From the NCBI GenBank assembly GCA_944349765.1, contig CALVNN010000004.1, positions 1-62,820 on the forward strand: a stretch of DNA of 62,820 bases. The letters are read 5' to 3'. This document shows positions 18,052 through 25,390 of this stretch, piece by piece. Origin of the DNA: an uncultured Clostridia bacterium (lineage in GTDB: Bacteria > Bacillota > Clostridia > Christensenellales > UBA1242). The stretch's first letter is position 1; each line of letters starts with the position of its first letter. Under the pieces are notes generated by a model. It saw only the letters and a list, made by a program, of their open reading frames with translations, was not told where the DNA came from and made no database searches. Made by a program: the position numbers and the translations under genes.

Positions 18052-19773
18052 TTACTCAGCAGCAAAGAATTGTACTAAGTTGGCTACAGTAGTTTGAGCT
18101 AAATCTAAATCAGTGTCAGAATCAGCTAATCTTAAGTTCTCTGATTGTACTGCGTTAAATTCTAGATTCAAAATAAACTCAGTATTGTATTGTGCATAAT
18201 TTTCAAGTTGATATAAATCAGTAGGGATAGTATTGTATTCATCACCACCTAGAGCAAATACATACAACTCTTGATAATCTTTCATTTCCTTAGCTACAAG
18301 GTCACGAGCTTCAGAGTAGTTAGCAAGAGCTTTGTTAAATGCGTCTAAAGCACTATCAACAGCATCAGCAGCATTATTTCTATTAGCTAAATTAGTTAAT
18401 TCATTATCTTTTGTAGTGACGATGCTTGCTACTTTAGTTAAGTACGCATCAACATTGCCAGTAGCACCTAAATTATTAAGTTTAGTATAAGCTTGATAGA
18501 TTTGAGTATTACTTGTATTGTCTGTAGTATACACAAATTCAGCATCTGGATCATTGCTATTTAAATAAGCCATTAATGCATCATTAAATGTATTGTATGC
18601 CTCCAAATTAGTATCAGTTAAGTTAACATTAGCTTGAGCTGATTTAAGGGCTGTTAAAGCCTTTATGGTATTATCGTATGCTTTAGTGTAATCACCTTTA
18701 GCAATATTAAAAGCTGATACTGCGTCAGTATAATTAGTCTTAGCAGTGTCTAAAGCTGTCTTGAAAGATGTCAAAGTACCGGCAGCTGCTCCAGATGGAG
18801 TAACTGGTAGAACATTGTCATAGTAATCAAGTAAATTTTCTCTACCTGTTTCGGTAGTTAAGTCAAATGGAGAATTAGTTGCTCCATCTATAGTAACTTC
18901 AGTTTCAGCTAACTCAGCTCTTTCTACATTTTTAATTCTTACAGTCTCAGCTAAAGTATCTTCATCACCATCAGCAAACCACTCACAAAGATAGAAGTAT
19001 CCGTCTAGATAGAACCATCTATAATTTTGAGCATAACCTTCTTTAACTGTATCTTGAGTTGTGTCACCATCTAGGTCTACCATTTCAGACTCATATTCTC
19101 CAGTACTAGCATTGTATACAGAAGCCCAGATATTACCACTTCCATCAACAGCTTGAGTAGTTAGGATAAATCCGTTAGCTACTTCAGGTTGACGAACAGC
19201 GGTTACACCAGTTGCTTCAGTATAAGTTGAACCATCGGTACCTAGAGTGTAGAAAGTCACACCTGTTTCAGTAGCTACATTTTCAGTAGTAGCAGGGGCG
19301 TATGTAGGGGTAGTATCTGTCTGTATGTAGAGTTGAGTGTAAGTTTTGCTAGTATCATCGTAACTATACCAGTTTTCATCTGCATATACAGGGCGACCAT
19401 AAGCATCTACTTTATTAAAAGATTCACCACTTAAGATATCTAAATATGTCTGGAAATTCTGTGGAGAGGTTACACTTTCACCTAGGGTAAACGAATGTTT
19501 AGCTCTTAAGATATAACTCTCAGAGAAGGCATCTTTAGCAACAACAACTTTGTCAGACAAAACAGGGGAACCTGGCAATAAATTAGCGACATTGGTATTT
19601 ACAATGGTCTTACCAGCGTCAATTTGGATCTTACCGAAAGTAATTTGAGTCTCAGATCTCTTGTAATCGGTAAATAAAGCAAAAGTTAGTGAAGTAATAA
19701 TGGCTACGACTAGTAAGCATATACTGAATACCAACAAACCATTAGTTTTTCTCTTTGATTTTACTTGTTTCAT
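18052..19773 (-). CDS. TasA/camelysin-family secreted protein with SipW-type signal peptide and a large central insertion
   Basis: Start set at MKQVKSKRK (GGAG RBS). Signal ...LLVVAIITSLTFALFTDYKRSETQITFGKIQIDAG fits the SipW-cognate pattern (A-x-F-T/N-D, then G-x-hydrophobic-x-hydrophobic; TasA itself reads GTLDL). The following NLLPGSPV...SPQNF resembles TasA NLKPGDKL...SPEDF. The C-terminal EFILNLEFNAVQ resembles TasA IKLQFSFEATQ. About 400 aa of Thr/Tyr-rich and Ala/Asn-rich helical sequence lies in between. Confidence 0.6.
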   Translation of the reverse strand: MKQVKSKRKTNGLLVFSICLLVVAIITSLTFALFTDYKRSETQITFGKIQIDAGKTIVNTNVANLLPGSPVLSDKVVVAKDAFSESYILRAKHSFTLGESVTSPQNFQTYLDILSGESFNKVDAYGRPVYADENWYSYDDTSKTYTQLYIQTDTTPTYAPATTENVATETGVTFYTLGTDGSTYTEATGVTAVRQPEVANGFILTTQAVDGSGNIWASVYNASTGEYESEMVDLDGDTTQDTVKEGYAQNYRWFYLDGYFYLCEWFADGDEDTLAETVRIKNVERAELAETEVTIDGATNSPFDLTTETGRENLLDYYDNVLPVTPSGAAAGTLTSFKTALDTAKTNYTDAVSAFNIAKGDYTKAYDNTIKALTALKSAQANVNLTDTNLEAYNTFNDALMAYLNSNDPDAEFVYTTDNTSNTQIYQAYTKLNNLGATGNVDAYLTKVASIVTTKDNELTNLANRNNAADAVDSALDAFNKALANYSEARDLVAKEMKDYQELYVFALGGDEYNTIPTDLYQLENYAQYNTEFILNLEFNAVQSENLRLADSDTDLDLAQTTVANLVQFFAAE

Positions 19774-19828
19774 TTTTATCTCCTTATTAAAAATAGTAAC
19801 AAAATATTGCACAACTACTAACAGCCTA

Positions 19829-19857
19829 ATTATAAACAATTATAAATTAAGTGTCAA
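19829..19857 (-). promoter_or_regulatory. Perfect-consensus sigma-A promoter for the TasA-like gene
   Basis: The minus strand reads TTGACA(19857-52), exactly 17 nt, TATAAT(19834-29). Confidence 0.7.
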
Positions 19858-19927
19858 ATGTTTTTTGCGATTTTTGTACTTTTTTTTATTATTTACTAAT
19901 TTAGTGTTAAATATTACAAAAAATAAA

Positions 19928-21286
19928 TCATTTTCCAAGACAAAATTTAGAAAAAATTGCGTCAATGACTTCTTCTGTAATGACCTTTCCGGTGATTTCA
20001 CCCATATTTTCCCAGGCTTCTTTTAAGTGGACACTCACGCAGTCTAGACTTACCTTATCTATTGCGTTTAGAGCCTCTTGTAATTTTGAAAATGCTGATT
20101 TTAAGCATGCAAGATGGCGAGTATTGGTGATAAAGAGAGCGTTGCTATTAAAATCGTCGTTAACTGATAGAGATTTTATTGTTTTCTTTAAAGACACAAT
20201 GCTCTCGTTATCTAGCACAGACGTGTGTAAAATATGGGCGGTAGGTAGTAGTTCTTGAATATTTTTCATATGTTCTTTTGTGAATGTGTCTATATCTGAT
20301 TTGTTTAGTGCGACTATTATGGGTTTTTGTTTTGAAGCGCACATTTTTATGATATTGTAATCTTCTGCTTCGAATGCTCTTGAAGTATCTACGACTAGCA
20401 ATATAATGTGTGCTTCGTCTAATGCTTCAACCGACTTTTTGACTCCTATTTGCTCGACTTTATCATTACTTTCGTGAATACCAGCGGTGTCAATTAGATT
20501 TACTTTTATACCATCATACACATAAGTTTCCCTTAGTGTATCACGAGTAGTACCAGCAATGTCGGTTACTATTGCTCGCTCATAAGACAACAAAGCATTA
20601 AGCAAACTAGATTTACCAACGTTTGGTTTGCCAACTATAGCTACATTTATACCATTTGTTATCATAAGTCCCGTTTTTGAGGATTTGATAAGGCTTTCTA
20701 TATTATTAGATACATTCATTATTTTATTGGTCAATTGCTTTGTGGTCTCATACTCAATATCTTCTTCAGGATAATCCAACGCCACGTCTATAGATGCTAA
20801 AATATCTGTTAATTCACTTTGAATAGCTTCGGTTTTTTGCCTTAGCGTGCCTATAAGTAGGTTATAACCGGCTTTTAGCTCGGCTTCGGATTGTGCATTA
20901 ATTATATCGACAGTTCCTTCTAAAGAGTCAAGGCTGGTCTTTCCATTTAAAAATGCACGCTTTGAAAATTCTCCAGCTTCAGAAAGCCTAGCACCATTTT
21001 CAAGTAATGAGGTGAGGATAGCGTTGGCAAGTGCCATACCTCCGTGTAAGTGAAACTCCACTATATCTTCACCAGTGAAGCTAATAGGTGCTTTATAATA
21101 TACCACCATTCCTTTATCCGCCACCACACCATTAGTTATGTCGGTTAAGTACATATGTCTAGGTGTCCATTCAAGATTTTTTGGGATAAGCTTTTTTGAT
21201 ATATTGAGAGCATTATCTCCGCTAACTCTTATAATACTAATACCAGCTGTTGTATTACCAGTGGCTAGTCCTGCAATAGTTTCCAT
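19928..21286 (-). CDS. mnmE: tRNA modification GTPase MnmE
   Basis: N-terminus TIAGLATG...AGISIIRVSG, G-domain GKPNVGKSSLLNAL / DTAGI, and the canonical C-terminal FCLGK. Confidence 0.96.
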   Translation of the reverse strand: METIAGLATGNTTAGISIIRVSGDNALNISKKLIPKNLEWTPRHMYLTDITNGVVADKGMVVYYKAPISFTGEDIVEFHLHGGMALANAILTSLLENGARLSEAGEFSKRAFLNGKTSLDSLEGTVDIINAQSEAELKAGYNLLIGTLRQKTEAIQSELTDILASIDVALDYPEEDIEYETTKQLTNKIMNVSNNIESLIKSSKTGLMITNGINVAIVGKPNVGKSSLLNALLSYERAIVTDIAGTTRDTLRETYVYDGIKVNLIDTAGIHESNDKVEQIGVKKSVEALDEAHIILLVVDTSRAFEAEDYNIIKMCASKQKPIIVALNKSDIDTFTKEHMKNIQELLPTAHILHTSVLDNESIVSLKKTIKSLSVNDDFNSNALFITNTRHLACLKSAFSKLQEALNAIDKVSLDCVSVHLKEAWENMGEITGKVITEEVIDAIFSKFCLGK

Positions 21287-21380
21287 AAAGACCTCTTTAA
21301 AAATATTTTATACAAATTATATTTAAAATATAGCTTAAAGTCAAGCATAAATTTTTTAAGTGATTTTAAGATTTACAGTA

Positions 21381-21409
21381 TTGACTTTAGAATAAAGATT
21401 TAGTATACT
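21381..21409 (+). promoter_or_regulatory. Sigma-A promoter
   Basis: TTGACT(21381-86), 17-nt spacer, TATACT(21404-09). Confidence 0.55.
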
Positions 21410-21440
21410 TAAATATATAAAATGAAAAGTAGGTGTCGTT

Positions 21441-22064
21441 ATGTTGACTAAACCAGTTCTTAAAAAATATTTACAACCCAATAGCAAGTTTACTAGTGAG
21501 CAACTTTTACAATTTGAAAGGTATATAACTTTAAGAGTAGAATATCGTGATAAAGAAAAGCAATTAAAATCTTCTCTCAAGAAAAAAATTTCCCCACTTA
21601 TTAGTGAGGAATACAAAAGGCTTATTGGCGTGATAGAAAGAGAGCTATACGAAGGCTTTTATGATATGACCCAAGTGAATGTAAAATATAAAAAGGGTGT
21701 TCCTAAGAGCAACTATATGGATTATTTAAGCGTTGCCGAATTACGAGGCCTTAATGTGCTCAAAGAATGTATGATAGAAAGTCTAAATAAATACAATGAC
21801 CTTGGTATAGAGAGTGCTTGCAAGCTGGCTAATAGAGTGGGCAGAGAAGTTCGTAAGTGGTTTGTCGATAAATACAATATACGACCAGAAGATTTGCCTG
21901 CTGATGAGGTTAGTTACGCTGTGTGTAAGAGTAGCATAAAAAAATTTGATGAGATAAAGAAGTTAAACAATAGACCACAAGCTAACCTTACTTACGAAAA
22001 TGCTAACGGGCAAGTGACTATGAATTTGGATTTGATGCAAAAAAATCAAGGTAATGACCGTTAA
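21441..22064 (+). CDS. Hypothetical protein (207 aa, Lys/Glu-rich, soluble)
   Basis: ORF with an upstream promoter and a purine-rich RBS (AAAGTAGGTG). A weak hairpin with T-run follows. No family recognised. Confidence 0.55.
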   Translation: MLTKPVLKKYLQPNSKFTSEQLLQFERYITLRVEYRDKEKQLKSSLKKKISPLISEEYKRLIGVIERELYEGFYDMTQVNVKYKKGVPKSNYMDYLSVAELRGLNVLKECMIESLNKYNDLGIESACKLANRVGREVRKWFVDKYNIRPEDLPADEVSYAVCKSSIKKFDEIKKLNNRPQANLTYENANGQVTMNLDLMQKNQGNDR

Positions 22065-22159
22065 TTTAAAAAAAATAGCCTTTTAATGGGCTTTTTTTGT
22101 TAATACTTTGCTTCTTACTTGAATATAAATATATATCAAATAATTTTAAGGAGCATAAA

Positions 22160-22432
22160 ATGGAAGAAAAGATTGTTAAGGTCGGTGCTCATACACTAAA
22201 TTTAAAAGGCGATAACCTTTTTTTAAGTGGAGTAGTAAAGGTGAAAAGTGTCAACGAGACTTGTTTTGCATGTGCACTTGAGGGGCGAGGACTACAAATA
22301 TTAGGTAGTGGTATACATATATTACTACTTGATGTTGAAAAAGGTGAAGTTACACTAGAGGGGCAGTTTCATAGCTTTAAATATACAGGTGGCAATGTAA
22401 AACAAAGCGTTATGAAAAGGATATTCGGCTAA
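22160..22432 (+). CDS. yabP: Sporulation protein YabP family
   Basis: Start set at MEEKIVKV after AAGGAG. The pattern HTLNLKGDNLFLSGVVKVKSVNE...LQILGSGIHILLLDVEKGEVTLEGQFHSFKY fits YabP/YqfC. Followed by yabQ and divIC, as in B. subtilis. Confidence 0.8.
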   Translation: MEEKIVKVGAHTLNLKGDNLFLSGVVKVKSVNETCFACALEGRGLQILGSGIHILLLDVEKGEVTLEGQFHSFKYTGGNVKQSVMKRIFG

Positions 22433-22749
22433 TGCTGTATAATGATGGGCAATTGTTGACATTTTTATTATCGTTTGTTTTTGGTATAGGTGTATATATT
22501 ATACGTATCTTATTAAATTTATCTTTGCGCAAGATCAATAATAAGGTTGTGTTAGGATTTAAAGATGCACTTTATATGTTGATACTATTTTTAGGACTTA
22601 TTATTGCAGTAGTTGCTTTTAATTATGGTGTATTAAGATTTTATGTGGTAGTTGCGTATTTTACTGGTATGTACTTAACTTACAAAATATACAAATTACT
22701 ACTTGCAAAATTTTCAACAAAGTTGTATAATTCAAATGATATAAAATAA
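22432..22749 (+). CDS. yabQ: Spore cortex biosynthesis protein YabQ family (membrane)
   Basis: Three TM helices. NYGVLRFYVVVAYFTGMYLTY resembles the YabQ motif NEGELRFYIFLAVLCG. Start overlaps the yabP stop. Confidence 0.7.
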   Translation: MLYNDGQLLTFLLSFVFGIGVYIIRILLNLSLRKINNKVVLGFKDALYMLILFLGLIIAVVAFNYGVLRFYVVVAYFTGMYLTYKIYKLLLAKFSTKLYNSNDIK

Positions 22750-22767
22750 TTTTAAAAGGGGTGAAAT

Positions 22768-23043
22768 ATGACTGAAAGTAAAGCAAAACGTAATATTATA
22801 ATTACTACTGTCGTTGCGGTACTATTGGTTTTTACGCTTCTTATTATTTTGATTTTTCAGTATGTCAATTATTGGAATTTAAGGAATAAGGAATACGCCC
22901 TACAAGAGCAGTTGTTGCAATTGCAAAATGAACATGCACTATACGAAGCAGAATACGCCTACAAAAGCAGTGATGATTACATAGAGGATTATGCAAGGGA
23001 AGTGCTAGGATATGGCAAGGATGGTAGTAAATACTATAAGTAA
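22768..23043 (+). CDS. divIC: Septum formation initiator family protein (DivIC/FtsB)
   Basis: Single TM helix, coiled coil (LQEQLLQLQNEH), and the C-terminal motif DDYIEDYAREVLGYGKDG typical of the family. Confidence 0.72.
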   Translation: MTESKAKRNIIITTVVAVLLVFTLLIILIFQYVNYWNLRNKEYALQEQLLQLQNEHALYEAEYAYKSSDDYIEDYAREVLGYGKDGSKYYK

Positions 23044-23049
23044 GACAAA

Positions 23050-23079
23050 TAAAAAAGTTGCGTTTTGCAACTTTTTTTC
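23050..23079. terminator. Bidirectional terminator between divIC and ychF
   Basis: A-run, stem AGTTGC(23056-61)/GCAACT(23067-72), T-run. Confidence 0.7.
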
Positions 23080-23131
23080 GTAAATATATGTTATATATAT
23101 AATAAATGTTGATTTTAGCATTTATAAAATC

Positions 23132-24211
23132 TTACACATTAAATCTAAATAGTATTACATCTCCGTCTTTTACTACGTATTCTTTACCTTCGCTTCGCAC
23201 CTTTCCTTTTTCTTTTGCTTTGACAAAACTTCCAGCCTCGACTAGGTCATCATAAGACACTACTTCAGCTCGTATAAAACCTTTTTCAAAATCTGTATGT
23301 ATGACGCCAGCGGCTGCGGGTGCTTTAGTGCCTTGCTTGATAGTCCATGCACGCACTTCTTTTTCGCCAGCAGTTAGGTAACTTATAAGTCCCAAAAGAG
23401 AGTAACCAGCAGTTATCAATTTATCTAAACCCGACATATCCATTCCTAATTCTTCTTGAAATAACTTTCTTTCCTCGTCGCTTAGTCCGCTGAGTTCTTC
23501 TTCTGTTTTTGCACAAAGTGATACTACGGCAGCATTTTCATCCTTAACATAATCTCTTAATGCTTGTACTTGTTCATTTTCTCCATTATCATCTGTATTA
23601 GCCACATAAAGTACTGGCTTTGAGGTGAGTAAGAAATAATCTTTTATCAGTTTCTTTTCCTCATCACTTAATGGTAATGTCCTTGCGGGCTTTTCATTGG
23701 ATAGATGTTCATCTAGCCTCTTTAGTAAGTTTACATTAGCTTCTTCATTTTTATTCCCACTTTTAAATAGTTTAGTGGATTTTTCTAGTCTTTTTTGTAC
23801 AGTCTCCAAATCGGCAAGTATTAATTCTGTATTGATAATTTCGACATCCCTTACTGCATCTACAGTACCTTCCACATGTATGATCTTACTATTATCGTGA
23901 CATCTCACCACGTGGACTATAGCATCGACTTCTCTGATGTGACTTAAAAATTTATTGCCAAGACCTTCTCCGTGACTTGCACCCTTTACAAGTCCTGCAA
24001 TGTCTACAAATTCTATGACGGCAGGTGTGGTCTTTTTGGCGTTGTACATTTGAGTCAGTACATCAAGACGTTTGTCTGGTACAAATACCATACCCACATT
24101 TGGCTCAATAGTACAGAAAGGATAGTTCGCACATTCTGCACCCGCTTTTGTTATAGCATTAAACAATGTGCTTTTGCCAACGTTTGGTAGTCCAACTACT
24201 CCTAATTTCAT
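23132..24211 (-). CDS. ychF: Ribosome-binding ATPase YchF
   Basis: Start set at MKLGVVGLPNVGKSTLFNA (the track ORF adds 20 aa with no RBS). C-terminal TGS-like domain ...EGKEYVVKDGDVILFRFNV. Confidence 0.96.
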   Translation of the reverse strand: MKLGVVGLPNVGKSTLFNAITKAGAECANYPFCTIEPNVGMVFVPDKRLDVLTQMYNAKKTTPAVIEFVDIAGLVKGASHGEGLGNKFLSHIREVDAIVHVVRCHDNSKIIHVEGTVDAVRDVEIINTELILADLETVQKRLEKSTKLFKSGNKNEEANVNLLKRLDEHLSNEKPARTLPLSDEEKKLIKDYFLLTSKPVLYVANTDDNGENEQVQALRDYVKDENAAVVSLCAKTEEELSGLSDEERKLFQEELGMDMSGLDKLITAGYSLLGLISYLTAGEKEVRAWTIKQGTKAPAAAGVIHTDFEKGFIRAEVVSYDDLVEAGSFVKAKEKGKVRSEGKEYVVKDGDVILFRFNV

Positions 24212-24345
24212 ATTTTTATACCTCTTGTGATTTGATAGTGCAATTATACATTTATATCTATAACTTGTCAAGGATATTAAAATTTTTGGTTTACTGATAT
24301 ATAAATTTCATTGCAAAAGCATATAATACCTTACGTGAGGTGTTT

Positions 24346-25107
24346 ATGAGCATTATTGAAGCTATCGTTATGGGCATTGTACAAGGTCTAACTGAGTTTT
24401 TACCTATATCTTCAAGTGGGCATTTAGTCCTTATGCAAAGGTTATTTGGTATGACTGGCGAAAATATCGCTTTTGATGTTGCCGTACATTTGGGTAGTTT
24501 GATTGCTGTCATAATTATCTTTAGAAAAACTGTGTGGGAGCTAATAAAACACCCTTTTTCAAAGCTTGCAATCAAGCTCTATCTAGCAACTATTCCGACT
24601 GTAATAATAGTGCTTATCTTCAAATCTTATATCGAAAGTACTTTTGTAGGTAATTTCTTTATCATTGGATTTGTCATTACCGCTATAATACTGATAGTGT
24701 CAGAATATATAGCAAAAAAATACAAGAACGAATTGCCTATTACAAACAAAAATGCTGTTATATTGGGTATTGCTCAAGGACTAGCCACCTTACCTGGCGT
24801 TAGTCGATCGGGTACGACTATCTCGACAGGACTCATTATGGGCAACAAAAAAGAAGAGGTGGCGGAATTTAGCTTTCTTATGAGTATACCTATTATCATA
24901 GCTTCTGCTGCTTACGAATTAATTTTTCAATTTGACCCTGCGACCATTGAGATAGTGCCTATGTTAATAGGAATGATATTTGCCTTTATCTTTGGATTTA
25001 TCGCTATAAAATGGATGTTAAGACTTATTCGAAAAGTTAACTTTTTGTATTTTTCAATATATTTACTTCTACTAGTAGCTGTAATATTGATATTTGGTTT
25101 GGTTTAG
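24346..25107 (+). CDS. uppP: Undecaprenyl-diphosphate phosphatase
   Basis: IIEAIVMGIVQGLTEFLPISSSGH and GVSRSGTTI motifs. Polytopic membrane protein. ATG at 24346 follows GTGAGG (alternative GTG at 24340). Confidence 0.95.
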   Translation: MSIIEAIVMGIVQGLTEFLPISSSGHLVLMQRLFGMTGENIAFDVAVHLGSLIAVIIIFRKTVWELIKHPFSKLAIKLYLATIPTVIIVLIFKSYIESTFVGNFFIIGFVITAIILIVSEYIAKKYKNELPITNKNAVILGIAQGLATLPGVSRSGTTISTGLIMGNKKEEVAEFSFLMSIPIIIASAAYELIFQFDPATIEIVPMLIGMIFAFIFGFIAIKWMLRLIRKVNFLYFSIYLLLLVAVILIFGLV

Positions 25108-25112
25108 ACTTG

Positions 25113-25147
25113 AAATTCGGTTGTTTTCAATCGGATTTATTTTTTTA
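25113..25147 (+). terminator. Intrinsic terminator after uppP
   Basis: 11-bp stem AAATTCGGTTG(25113-23)/CAATCGGATTT(25128-38) with two G-U pairs, then a T-run. Confidence 0.65.
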
Positions 25148-25195
25148 ATTTATTTACAATATTTTTAAATTTAAAGTTTAAAGTGGTCAATATCC

Positions 25196-25225
25196 TTGAC
25201 AATATATATCCTTATATTATATAAT
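25196..25225 (+). promoter_or_regulatory. Sigma-A promoter of the glyQS leader
   Basis: TTGACA(25196-201), 18-nt spacer, TATAAT(25220-25). Confidence 0.6.
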
Positions 25226-25231
25226 ACTTAT

Positions 25232-25390
25232 AAATTTAAGCGATAATTCAAGCTTGGCAACTTGATAGTTTAATACGCTTGACTTTGCGTTCGTTAAGGT
25301 CGTTAAGGTGGCAACACGAAGTAGGGTGGAACAGCGATTTTTACCTCGCCCCTACCTTTTAGGGTAAATATTAATATAAGGGGTATAATA
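25232..25390 (+). promoter_or_regulatory. Glycine-specific T-box leader (atypically compact)
   Basis: T-box sequence AAGTAGGGTGGAACAGCG (25319-36). Antiterminator A1 GTAGGG/CCCTAC, 7-nt bulge TGGAACA (UGGA matches U73 of tRNA-Gly), A2 GCGA/TCGC. GGC-A triplets at 25256-59 and 25310-13. Immediately upstream of glyQS. Confidence 0.85.

Noticed and set aside
17884-18078. 64-aa + strand ORF in the orphan GC-rich region
   Set aside because: It has a GTG start without an RBS. It reads straight through the bidirectional terminator at 18001-34 and into the 3' end of the convergent TasA-like gene. A non-coding RNA explains the composition better.
21287-21440. oriC or DnaA-box cluster near mnmE, which often lies close to the origin
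   Set aside because: There are no repeated TTATCCACA-like boxes in the intergenic regions flanking mnmE. The usual neighbours (mnmG, jag, yidC, rnpA, dnaA) are absent from the window.
22097-22159. N-terminal extensions suggested by the longest-ORF track (22097 for yabP; also 24212-24271 ychF, 57090-57173 tilS, 19774-19839 TasA-like, 14364-14417 arsR-family, 59135-59173 CPBP)
   Set aside because: In each case an internal ATG is preceded by a good SD at proper spacing and matches the conserved family N-terminus. The extensions overlap promoter-like AT-rich sequence and lack an RBS.
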